A DNA stretch of 64,000 nucleotides. It comes from an uncultured Planctomycetota bacterium (GTDB lineage Bacteria > Planctomycetota > Planctomycetia > Isosphaerales > Isosphaeraceae). The DNA is taken from the NCBI GenBank assembly GCA_963845755.1, contig CAWJTV010000005.1:512001-576000 (forward strand), read 5' to 3'. The notes below the pieces were generated by a model. It saw nothing but the letters and a program-made list of their open reading frames with translations. It made no database searches and was not told the origin of the DNA. Of the stretch, positions 19,319 through 29,330 are shown piece by piece. The position numbers and the translations under genes are program-made. The stretch's first letter is position 1; each line of letters opens with the position of its first letter.

Positions 19319-19408
19319 ATTCCGGGGACACCATACCGATCTCCGGCATAGCATCATTCCGGGACACCATACCGATCTCCGGCATAGCATGAATTCGGGC
19401 GACACCAT
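19319..19408. repeat. ~36-bp tandem repeat (TTCCGGGGACACCATAC family), about 2.5 copies
   Basis: ATTCCGGG(G)ACACCATACCGATCTCCGGCATAGCAT x2 plus a partial copy. Confidence 0.85.
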
Positions 19409-19595
19409 GCCTGCCACCAGCCGTCAACTGGCCAAGTGGCCCATGCGCTGGCCAAGACTCGAATAGTGGGGCGTCCCCATGACCGAGGTACAGCTCAAGA
19501 AGCACGGCCGCAACGCAGGGAGTCGTCAACATCAGCACCAGGCGGTAACGTTCCTGACGCACAGACGAAGACTGCGATGTGCCTCAAGCCGCTAA

Positions 19596-19858
19596 TACCG
19601 AAGGTGGGACTTGAACCCACACCCTCTTGCGAGGACCGGATTTTGAGTCCGGCGCGTCTGCCATCGCCGTCGCATTGGAAACAGGTTGCGGTGGTGCTTA
19701 AAGTCTGCGAATCCAAGGCTCGCACGTCGCCACCTTGGTGTTTTCGCATTGTGGCCGCATGGGGCTGACGTTGCCAATACTGTTCCCAATTTGTTCCCAA
19801 CTCGCGTCCGAATGGAGGCCCGTACAGGCTTGTTCGTGGGTGATGGGCTGACGGGGCG
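19596..19858 (-). repeat. att-like module D: 69-nt 3' fragment of tRNA-Leu(CAA) (19596-19664) plus arm region
   Basis: Reverse complement ATGGCAGACGCGCCGGACTCAAAATCCGGTCCTCGCAAGAGGGTGTGGGTTCAAGTCCCACCTTCGGTA; the 5' acceptor and D-stem strands are missing. Confidence 0.92.
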
Positions 19859-19912
19859 GTTTCCTCGCGGCCCTCGTCGTCGGAATCGTGGGTAACTTCG
19901 TCTTCTCGCTTA

Positions 19913-22900
19913 TTATTCGGATACCGTCATGAGCGAATGGGAGAGGCCGATCTCGGCGATGAAGGCGAAGTCGTTGAAGTCGGTCATCGTGTCATAGGCG
20001 CCGCTTGCGGTGAAGCCGAGGAGGAGGCGATCGTTGCGGTCGGGGAGAGAGGAATGCAGGCGGTTGGCGTAGGCGATGTCGTCGCGAAACCAGCAGACGC
20101 CGGGGGCGGAGCGGCTGTCGAAGTCGCCGGGCGCGTAGTACCTGCGATGGAGCCAGCCGTACCGGGGGCCGTTGCGCACGTTGATCGAGACCGTCTGTTC
20201 GGCCCACGGGGTATCGACGGCCTGGACACGGTCTCGACTCAGAGTACCGTCCGCCCGCGAAAAGGTAGATTCGCCCCGTGGCATCGAGCCCGTGTTCGGG
20301 TCGCCAGAGCAGGGCCAATCGGCGGCGGGCGAACGAGGCCGTCGACCACGTTCCGACCCGATCTCGAGGAACCGCGCGCGGCCGCCGCCCTCGGAGACGT
20401 AATGGTGAACGCTCACCCGGGGATGGCGTGGGTCGGGCCCGCCGATCGACGCGACCCAGACGGTCGGGAGTCCGCCGCGATTGGGGCCGGCGGCCGCGGC
20501 GACGGGTACGACACTGTCGATCGGCAGCTCGAGCTCCGGGCCCGTCTCGAGCCCGGTCGCCGTGGGCGCGAGTCGGCGGACGCCGACGGGCCGGCCCGGC
20601 CCGCGCCACAGAAAGAGGGCCAGGCCATCGCCAAGGGCGGAAAGTGAGGGGTCCGCCCCATCGCTTTGCTCGATCGGCACTGCCTCTCCGACTCGCGGGG
20701 TCGCGTCTGCCGCTGTCCGAGCGTCACCCGCCGCAGGCGAACCCCGGCCGCCGTGGGGTAAGCGACCCAGATCGCGCTGCGCCAAAGGAGACGGCAGTCG
20801 GGTCGCCGATGACGCCGTTCGCCTCAACCACCGTCTCGGCTGACCACCGCTTACCGTCGCGGTCGCGGTCGTCACCCAGCCACGCTTGGACGACGAGTGC
20901 ACCTGGACGTTCGGGGCCGAGGCTCGCGGCAGCGGCGGGGGCGTCCGGGGCAGGGCGGGGCGAATTGCCACGCACGCTGCCGGAGAAGAGCAGCAGTCGC
21001 TCCGCTGGCCCGTCGCCCACGGTCGCCAGCGCGGGCGCCGACTCGCTCGCTCCGACCTCGTATCTACGGCGACCGATATCGGTGAAATGGCTGTAATTGA
21101 TGTCAGCGACCACACCCTCCTCCCCGAAGATTCCGTTCCAGTTCCAGTCGACCAGGGTCGATCCGCCCGCAGGCCGCAACTGGTAGAAGTACGGGTCGTT
21201 GGCCAGAAACCGAACCCGCTCGATCGGCACCGGCAGGCGCTCCGAGAGTCGTCGCTCGTCAGAGCAAGATCGACCCCAGCGCTCCGCTCGAAAGCTGCTT
21301 CAACTCGGCCCGACCGTTGAGTTTATCTTGGTAGGTATAGCTCATCAGGCTGGGATAGATCGGACAATTGTGCGGCTGATAGCCGTCGTGGTTGAGGCCA
21401 AGCTCGTGGCCGAACTCGTGCGTCATGACGTCCATGAATCACGTCGTTGGTCGTGAAGCTACCGACGGCGCTCATCATCATCGCGGTGCCGAATCCCTGG
21501 TCGGCGGATCGACGCAAAACATCGTGTGCACGACGCCCCGGTGGGCTCCGTGTGGGGATCAATCGTTGAAGATCGCCGTCGGACGTCGTCAACTCGGCTA
21601 TGAGGCGTCGGCTCACGGTAGATCACGTGCAGAGCGATCCCGCGGCTGCCGTCCGGGTTTGGCACATGCGCCTGGGCGAAGGCGCGAACCGTAATATCGA
21701 CCTCGGCCTTGAGCCGATCGAAGTTGATCGAATCGATCCGCTCGACCTCGACGATCACGTCGCGGCGCCCGACCCGGCAGCCGATGGACTTCAGATCAAG
21801 GCCACCCGGCCGCACGCGGCCAGTCTTCCAGTCATCGAGCAGGCCGTCGCCGGACGAGGAAATATAGCCCTTGTGCTCGTCACCCTCAAGCGAGGAGAAG
21901 TGGATCAGCGTATCGTGGGCGAGGAACGGGTCGGTCCATCGCGAATAGTGACTTGACCACCAAGGGGGCTCGGGGGCGACCCAGCCGGCGAACGGCGGGC
22001 CCGACTCTCGCTGACGGAGCAGGTCGTCGCGGCCGTTGCCGTCGAAGTCGCCGACGATCCAGCGGCGGTCGCCGCTTCATCTCCGCGGGCGTTGGGAGGG
22101 TCGCCACCTCGAAGGCACGCGACGGATCGCCCCCGGGAAGCAGACGACGGCCGATGAGCACGTCGCAGGTCGCCCCGCCGCGAAACCGGCCGACCATGAC
22201 CCGTTCGGCTGGCGCCGCGGTCAGGAGCCGGGTTGCCGGGTCGAGGCGGGGGCGTCGGCCAGCCGAGAACGTCAGGCCTGCCCGGAAGACTATGTTCGCG
22301 CCGTCCTTCCAGACAAGCTCGGCCCGACCGCCGGCGACAAAGTGGCCGGCGGCTAGCTGGGCAACCTTCGGCGGCAAGGTCCCTTCGATCTCCTCGCACT
22401 GGAACCTGGGCGACGAGGCTCCGGCCGTTTCGTTGCGCAGGAGCAGCAGCCTTCCGGAATCGTCTACAACGACGGCATCAGTCCAGGCCGTCGCCGTCGA
22501 ATTCGCCCGCCACCAGGCGAATCGGCAGACGCGGCCTCATGCCGGGCGCGATCGTCGCGGCGAGGTCGTCTCGCTCGTAGGCCGCATCTCCCCGACGCGT
22601 GCCCCAGGCGATGCGCACCGAGCCGTCGGCGAAGACCGCAAGCACATCCTCGCCCGCGCCCTTTGTGAACCGTCCGGCGATCGCCGCCATGCCGTCGCGG
22701 CCGAATCCCTTGCGGGCCGCCACCTGCGGGGTCGGCTTGCCAAGGATCGACGTGCGATAGACCCAGAGCGATGCGTCCCCCCTGGGATCGAAGGCAACCA
22801 AATCGGCCCGCCCATCGCCGTCAACGTCGGCCACGAGCGAGTTTACTGGCCTGGCCGCCCAGTCGGTCAGCCAGTACTGGCCACGGCTCAGGGCATACCC

Positions 22901-22993
22901 CTCGCTTGCGCAGGCCGAAGCGGCGGCAAGCCATGCCGTAACGATCCCAGAGAATCCTCCGACGCCCAGTCGTAACGCGCTTCGCCCCATCAT
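19913..22993 (-). CDS. Large secreted protein with FG-GAP/VCBS repeats and a metzincin-like metalloprotease motif; multiple frameshifts
   Basis: ADVDGDGRADLV and GEFDGDGLD repeats; manual translation at about 21380-21435 gives HEFGHELGLNHDG, then YPSLMSY (Met-turn); pieces span several ORFs. Confidence 0.7.
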
Positions 22994-23205
22994 CGTGGGA
23001 CCTCCTCGGTGGCGACCCGTCGGTAATGTCGCAACAGACGAGTATGAAGTCAAGGTGGGAGAGCTAACGCTACGAAGCGGGGCCGACATCGACGCGAAAG
23101 CGACGTTTTATGGCTTGTTGATCGTGACGCCTCTCGAGATGCTCGCACACACGGGAGGGAACCTCTGCTCATGCCGATTTCTGATCGAGTTCCGGGGACA
23201 GAGTG

Positions 23206-23436
23206 GAATGCCATTAAGTTAAGCGTAAAGACAGATTCTAATTGCACTTAGGATCGATCTCCCCGGGCCCCAATCATAAATAGTTTAGATATGTTAATTC
23301 GATTATCAGAGCGAAAACACCCTGGATCCAAGCCGTATGGAACGAGCCAGATATCAACATGCCGACCAAATCGCCGAAAACATGCTCGACGCAAGCCATT
23401 TGGAGATCAGGAGTTAAACTTAACTTAATGCCATTC
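23206..23436. mobile_element. 231-bp non-autonomous MITE with IS4-like ends
   Basis: 18-bp TIR GAATG(C/G)CATTAAGTTAAG with 1 mismatch; 11-bp target duplication GGGACAGAGTG at 23195-23205 and 23437-23447. Confidence 0.88.
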
Positions 23437-23446
23437 GGGACAGAGT

Positions 23447-23527
23447 GAGTTCCGGGGACACCATACGTATCTCCGACGTTGGAGTTCCGGGGACACCATA
23501 CGTATCTCCGACGTTGGAGTTCCGGGG
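23447..23527. repeat. 35-bp tandem repeat (GAGTTCCGGGGACACCATAC family)
   Basis: GAGTTCCGGGGACACCATACGTATCTCCGACGTTG x2 plus a partial copy. Confidence 0.88.
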
Positions 23528-23740
23528 CATCACCCCCTGTCTCCCGACTTTGCCTGCCGGAACGGTCACGAGCACGGCGGGGGCCGGCTTCAGCGGCATC
23601 CCGAACACAGAATGTCACTCGAGGGTCGCTGTGCCGCGCGGTGCGGGTCGTCATCTTCGAGACCGGCCGGGTGCTGGCGTTCGTGATGTTCGAAGCCGGG
23701 CGGGCGATTAACGACGGTGCGATTCACCCCGAGTTGTTAA

Positions 23741-23810
23741 TACCGAACGTGGGACACGAACCCACACCCTCTTGCGAGGGCCGGATTTTGAGTCCGGCGC
23801 GTCTGCCATT
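23741..23810 (-). repeat. att-like module E: 70-nt 3' fragment of tRNA-Leu(CAA)
   Basis: Near-identical to 19596-19664, with a few T-arm substitutions. Confidence 0.9.
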
Positions 23811-23970
23811 GGCCTGTGCTTGCAATGTGTCGCGCGGGTGAAGGCGTGGCTTCGCGAGGTGCTTGACGAGGCGAAAGGCTCGAAATAGTGAGGAGAGTGA
23901 GGGCGGAACGGGCCAGCGAGGCACTTTCCCAGGATGAAGACGCGGTGGTGGATGATCGCCGCGTTAAGGA

Positions 23971-25458
23971 CAATACCGTTGAAATAGCGCAAGCCACAGC
24001 CTCCTGTTACTTTGGGTTTACTCACGACCCAAGCAACACGGAGGCCATGACTCGCATGCCGCACGGACATTGCACGCTGCCGCCCGATGCGTCGGGCCGG
24101 ATCTTGGATCGCTTGGCGGGACTGGAACAGATTATCTCGCCCGAGGCCGTTCGCCAAGTCCTCGCGGCCACCGGTAAAACCAATCAACGACGTTGCACAC
24201 TGACCCACGAGATTGTTTGCTGGGTGGTCCTGGCCATGGGGCTGTTGACCGACTTGCCGATCCGCCAAGTCTTCAAGCATGCACGCCGGCTCCGAGTCGG
24301 CGAGGAGAGTCCCCATCGATCCAGCCTGTGTGTGGCCCGGCAACGCCTGGGCATCGCGCCGGTCCGCCACCTGTTCGAGCACGTCGTTCATCCTCTGGCC
24401 CGGCCCGATACGCCCGGAGCCTTCTACCGCGGGTTCCGCCTGGTCGGCATCGATGGGACCGTCTACGATGTCCCCGACTCGGAGGCCAACGCCGTGGCCT
24501 TCGCGCGCCCTCGGCCGGGCCGCGCGGCGACGGCGCGTTCCCCCAAGTCCGCAAGCTGAGCCTGGTCGAATTGGGGACCCACATCGAACTGGCCTTCGTG
24601 GTCCGGTCGATCGCCCACGGCGAACCGTCGATGGTCGGCGGCTTGCTCCGCCATCTGACTCCGGAGATGCTCCTGTTGGAGGATCGCGGGTTTTTCAGCT
24701 ATGACCACTGGAAAACGGCGATGTTGCGGGGCGTCCAGCTGTTGGCACGCGTGAAAAGCGGCTTGATCCTCAAGTCGATCCAAAACCTGGCGGATGGCTC
24801 GTATCTGGCCAAGATTTATCGGGGTTGCTACGACCGTCAGATCGATCGGGATGGGATCGTCGTCCGGGTGATCCGCTATACACTGGACGACCCGCAACGA
24901 GTCGGACACGGTGAAATTCATGTGCTGATCACGAATCTCCTTGACGCGGAGCTTTATCCTGCTGAAGAATTGATTATTCTTTATCACGAGAGATGGGAAC
25001 AGGAGTTGGTCTATGATGAGCAAAAGACCCATCATGATCCGCGGCGGGCGACCAAGCCGGCACAGATGCGAAGCGAGACCCCGGCGGGGGTGATCCAGGA
25101 GATCTATGCGCTGTCGCTGGGTCATTTCGTGATCCGAGCCTTGATGGTTGCGGCCGCCGGGACCGTGGGGCTGGACCCGGATCGGCTGTCGTTTCTGGGG
25201 TGCTTCCAGATCCTCAAGTGCCGGTTGCCAGAATGCAACAGCTCGACCCCCGAGGCGTTCGAGGAGTGGTACCAGGGATTATTGTGGGAGATGCAGGGGG
25301 AGCGCACCGATGACGAAATGCGGAGGAACCGGATCAATCCGCGAGTGATCAAGCGTAAAATGTCCAAGTGGAAAAAGAAACGATCCAAACATCGACACAT
25401 TCCGCCCTTGAAGAAAACCTTTGCAGAGACAGTGGTTATGCTTCCTTAAACGGTATTG
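23971..25458 (+). mobile_element. IS4-family insertion sequence
   Basis: TIR CAATACCGTT / AACGGTATTG; perfect 10-bp target duplication GCGTTAAGGA at 23961-23970 and 25459-25468. Confidence 0.95.
24047..25449 (+). CDS. IS4-family transposase (frameshift near 24510)
   Basis: ARQRLGIAP, FRLVGIDGT, AFPQVR, LLLEDRGF, LYHERWEQELVYDEQK. Confidence 0.9.
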
Positions 25459-25476
25459 GCGTTAAGGACGGGCGGC

Positions 25477-26799
25477 CTACCCGAACACACTCTTTAGTGC
25501 CTCGGCCTGGACGCTCGGATACAAATGCCGATAACGCTTCCGTTGCTGCTCGGTGCTGTGACCGACCCACTCGTCGATGAGACGCTGGTCGATGCCCTTC
25601 GAGGCGCAGGCGGAGATGAACGAGTGCCGGAAATTGTGCCAGCCTCGCACTACCGACCATTCCGATCCAGTCAGCGCGCGCTTCAAGTGGTCGCCGGCCT
25701 CATCTTCAGTCAGCGGCAGGATGCCTGGCCGCGTTCGCTCCGTGACGCCGACCAGCCTTTCCTTCACGGTGCCGGGCCGGCCGTTCCACAGATGGCCGGT
25801 CGTGCGGCTGCGCTTCTTGCTTCGTTCGACATGCTCGGCCTGGGCGAACAGGTACGCGCCGCCTGGGTGGATCTTCAGCCAGTCGGTCAGGATCGCCGCC
25901 AGCGTGCTCGATAGCGGCATGCGGCGCGTCGTCCTGCGGCCATGCGCCCGCTTCTTTTCCTGGATGCTGACGACGCCCGCCGCGAAGTCCACGTCGCCGA
26001 TCCGCATCCTCAGCAGCTCGCCCTTGCGCGCACCGGTGTGAGCTGCCGTCGCCACAAGCGGATAGATCCACGGATAGCCGGCCCGCTCCTTGACGTGGGC
26101 CAGCAGCCTCTCCACCTCGGGCAGCGTCAGGTAGAGCGCTTCCCACAATTCGGCGGCCTTCTTCGGCGGCAGGCCGGGAAGTTGCCGTTCAATCTCGGCG
26201 CGCGTCTGGAACAGCGGCTTCTCGTCTGATTTCGGGTAGCGCAGGCCGTCGTAGGGATAACGGCCCGATACGATCTTCATCCGCACCCCCCAGTTCCAGG
26301 CGGTGCGGAGCGTGACGATCTCCTTTTCGATCGTCAACGGATTCAGCGTGCCGCGCCTCCCCTTGGCTTTGGCCCGCTTATCCACATAGCCCTGCAAATC
26401 GGCCAGGGACAGTTTGCGAACTGGAAACCCCTCTCCGAGCAACCGGCCCAGGTGCCGGAAGTGCCGCCGGATGCCCCGCAACGTGTGATGCTCGAGGGTG
26501 CCGTTGCCATGCGTTTCCAGGTAGCGGTCTCGGAGGTCGGCCAGCGTCGGTTCGCCGTGAACGGCGGGCGTACCCTGTGCGGCGGGTATGAGGCCATCGT
26601 GCCGGACGAAGGCTACGACATCGACCCCTTGCTGGAGCGTGAGCAGGCCCTGCGATAACCGCATGAGCAGGTAATCGACTTGATCCGCTTTGGCCTTCGC
26701 CTCGGCCTCGGTGACGCGGCCGATGGTGAAAACCCGCTGTTTCCGTTGGTACGCGAAGAAGATTCGGTAGCTGCCGTTCCTGTTCTGTAGCGACGCCAT
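25477..26799 (-). CDS. Tyrosine recombinase / phage integrase
   Basis: N-terminal arm-binding-like MASLQNRNGSYRIFF; catalytic TGARKGE, HNFRH, VGH, RYRHLY; starts about 105 bp from the tRNA 3' end. Confidence 0.93.
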   Translation of the reverse strand: MASLQNRNGSYRIFFAYQRKQRVFTIGRVTEAEAKAKADQVDYLLMRLSQGLLTLQQGVDVVAFVRHDGLIPAAQGTPAVHGEPTLADLRDRYLETHGNGTLEHHTLRGIRRHFRHLGRLLGEGFPVRKLSLADLQGYVDKRAKAKGRRGTLNPLTIEKEIVTLRTAWNWGVRMKIVSGRYPYDGLRYPKSDEKPLFQTRAEIERQLPGLPPKKAAELWEALYLTLPEVERLLAHVKERAGYPWIYPLVATAAHTGARKGELLRMRIGDVDFAAGVVSIQEKKRAHGRRTTRRMPLSSTLAAILTDWLKIHPGGAYLFAQAEHVERSKKRSRTTGHLWNGRPGTVKERLVGVTERTRPGILPLTEDEAGDHLKRALTGSEWSVVRGWHNFRHSFISACASKGIDQRLIDEWVGHSTEQQRKRYRHLYPSVQAEALKSVFG

Positions 26800-26846
26800 C
26801 TGGCTTGCCTTTCGGTCAATGCCACCCCAATGCGATGGGGTAGGTC

Positions 26847-26876
26847 TTACCAATTCCTTACCAAAGCTATTGGTAA
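26847..26876. promoter_or_regulatory. Putative integrase arm-type binding repeats
   Basis: TTACCAA at 26847 and 26858 (11-bp period) plus inverted TTGGTAA at 26870. Confidence 0.55.
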
Positions 26877-26904
26877 TCCTATCCTGGAATCGCCATAAGT
26901 CCAA

Positions 26905-26989
26905 TACCGGCGGTGGGATTCGAACCCACACGGGGGTTCCCCCCCAGAGGATTTTAAGTCCTCAGCGTCTGCCATTCCGCCACGCCGGC
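26905..26989 (-). tRNA. tRNA-Leu(UAA)
   Basis: GCCGGCGTGGCGGAATGGCAGACGCTGAGGACTTAAAATCCTC...GTGGGTTCGAATCCCACCGCCGGTA; full cloverleaf with long variable arm; CCA not encoded. Confidence 0.96.
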
Positions 26990-27407
26990 GAGCGTTGCAA
27001 AGCGAATGACCATGCGGCATTGCGAAGCACAAGCATACTGAGCCTTGCATGTCCGAAGCAATCGGTGGGGTCCAACTCCATCTCGCGTCTTTCGTCGATG
27101 CAAATCACCCTCCGATTCGGCGAAACCGGCAGGATCCTTCCCGTCTTGAGTCGTACGCCTCGCTAGCGATGATCGCTTCCGTGCTCATTCCTTGCATCTG
27201 TCAAAGCATCACGATGGGCCAATTTGGGGGACGAAGCCTTCGAACCGGAAACTGGGCTGGCCCCTCGAATCGAAGATCAATCGTCATTCAATCCGCCAAC
27301 GGGCGTATCCGCCGACTGGATTAGCCGCCGAATGGCACAGTACTTGCTCGACTTTAGGTCCTGAATGGGATCGGTTGTGTGATTCGTTCCCGATAAGGAC
27401 CACATCC

Positions 27408-27647
27408 ATGAGCATGAAGAAGAGAAGACAGAGCAAGACTCACACAGTCAGCGAAGCCCTGAGAGAAGCGATCAGCGAGCGCGGATTGACGGCTTACGCC
27501 GCGGCGAAGCAGTCTGGCGTATCGGTCGATGCGATCCAGCGGTTCCTGAACGCACAGCGCGGCTTGACGCTATCGACCGTCGATAAACTTGCCGATTCAC
27601 TCGGTTTGACCCTTTGCCCGAGCGATCCGCCGTCGAACAGCCATTGA
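27408..27647 (+). CDS. Small XRE/Cro-like HTH protein
   Basis: LREAISERGLTAYAAAKQSGVSVDAIQRFLNAQRGLTLSTVDKLADSLGL. Confidence 0.8.
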   Translation: MSMKKRRQSKTHTVSEALREAISERGLTAYAAAKQSGVSVDAIQRFLNAQRGLTLSTVDKLADSLGLTLCPSDPPSNSH

Positions 27648-27695
27648 AGTGAATATCCTCCGCCTCGTGAGTCTCCCCATCGTCGGGAACACGCA

Positions 27696-29213
27696 ATGCA
27701 AGATGCGACCGAATTGCTCAATGTCTGGATGGAAACGGTCAGGGATTATGCGATCTTCCTGGTCGATCCCACCGGCTGCATCGCCACCTGGAATGTCGGT
27801 GCCGAACGCATCCTCGGTTTTCTGGAAGCCGAGGTCGTCGGGTTGCCGCTGGCGATCCTTTTCACGCCCGAAGATCGCAATCAGGGGACCCCCGAATGGG
27901 AGCTCCAAACCGCGAAGGACCACGGCCGAGCCTCTGACGACCGCTGGCATGTCCGTAAGGACGGATCGCGTTTCTGGTGCAGTGGGATGCTCATGGCGGT
28001 CCGCGACGGTCAAGGCTCGGTCCGCAGCTACGTAAAGGTGATGCGGGACCTCACCGAACGAAAGATGAACGAAGATGAACTCCGGGCTCGGGCCGAGGCC
28101 TTGTTGGAGGCGGACCGCCGGAAGAACGAGTTTCTGGCCATGCTCTCCCACGAACTCCGAAATCCCCTGGCCCCGATCCTCATGTCTCTTCACCTTCTCA
28201 AGAGGCAGGACTCGATCGATGACCCAATCCTGCAAGAGTCTCGAGCGATGATCGAGCGCCAGGTCTTGAATTTGAAGCGGCTAATTGACGATTTGCTGGA
28301 CGTCTCGCGGATGGCACTGAACAAGATCGAGCTTCAGTGTAAGACGATGGATCTCACGACGATCGCCGCGCGGGCCGCAGAGGACGTTCGGCCGATCATG
28401 CAGGAGCGCGGCCATGAGCTGACTGTGTCGTCAGAGTCGGGCCAGGTTTGGATTCTTGGCGACTCTGTCCGGCTCGAACAGGTGATCGAGAGCCTCCTGA
28501 CCAACGCGGCCAAGTTCACCGACCCGGGCGGACATATCTGGCTTACGATCGGACGTGAAGGCAATCAAGCTGCGATAAGTGTGCGCGACACGGGCATCGG
28601 AATCGGCGCGGAGATGCTGGATCGCGCCTTCGAGCTATTCGCCCAAGCCGAGCAGGGCCTGGCCCGAACTCGAGGCGGCCTCGGCATCGGTCTTACCCTG
28701 GCGCGGAACGTCGTCACGCTTCACGGTGGCACGATCGAGGCGAGGAGCGAGGGGCTTGGGAAGGGAAGCGAGTTTCTGGTGAGGCTACCCCTCGACTTGT
28801 CCAACGAGCGAACTCTTGCTGATCCCGCGTGTCCTGCTACGGACGGATTTGTCACGGTCTCGAGAGGCGAGAGTCGTCGCGTCTTGATCGTCGACGACAA
28901 CCAAGATGCGGCGCGGAGTATCGAACACTTCTTGCGGAACTGGGGCTACGAAGTCCAGGTGACTCACGACGGGGCCACGGCCCTGGAGATGGTCCGTCAC
29001 TACCAGCCGCACGTGGCGCTCCTGGACATCGGCTTGCCGAATCTGGACGGATATGACGTCGCCCGGCATCTCAGCCACGAAAAATCTGTCTCGCTCATCG
29101 CCCTGACTGCATACATCCCGGACCCGGGCACTCGCTCGCTCTTCGACCGCCATCTCGTCAAGCCGGTTCAGCCGGAGGAGTTGCTCAAGGTTCTCGGTGA
29201 ACTGGCTCGGTAA
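27696..29213 (+). CDS. PAS-domain hybrid sensor histidine kinase/response regulator
   Basis: PAS (DYAIFLVD...WNVGAERI), H-box LSHELRNPL, N/G boxes, receiver VLIVDDN...LLDIGLP. Confidence 0.95.
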   Translation: MQDATELLNVWMETVRDYAIFLVDPTGCIATWNVGAERILGFLEAEVVGLPLAILFTPEDRNQGTPEWELQTAKDHGRASDDRWHVRKDGSRFWCSGMLMAVRDGQGSVRSYVKVMRDLTERKMNEDELRARAEALLEADRRKNEFLAMLSHELRNPLAPILMSLHLLKRQDSIDDPILQESRAMIERQVLNLKRLIDDLLDVSRMALNKIELQCKTMDLTTIAARAAEDVRPIMQERGHELTVSSESGQVWILGDSVRLEQVIESLLTNAAKFTDPGGHIWLTIGREGNQAAISVRDTGIGIGAEMLDRAFELFAQAEQGLARTRGGLGIGLTLARNVVTLHGGTIEARSEGLGKGSEFLVRLPLDLSNERTLADPACPATDGFVTVSRGESRRVLIVDDNQDAARSIEHFLRNWGYEVQVTHDGATALEMVRHYQPHVALLDIGLPNLDGYDVARHLSHEKSVSLIALTAYIPDPGTRSLFDRHLVKPVQPEELLKVLGELAR

Positions 29214-29330
29214 CCGAATTCATCCTGTTCGTTACGCGGGTCGTTGCCTGATCGACGAGGACCCCACCTTCGCAGTTCTCAAGATTAAGCCGGCAATGCG
29301 GGCCGCGATGCCTTATACTCTCCTGAAGGA

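Noticed and set aside
19596..19664. Functional tRNA-Leu(CAA) gene (also 23741-23810)
   Set aside because: The 5' acceptor and D-stem strands are missing, so the cloverleaf cannot form.
19319..23527. 35-37-bp repeats as mini-CRISPRs
   Set aside because: The units are directly adjacent, with no unique spacers.
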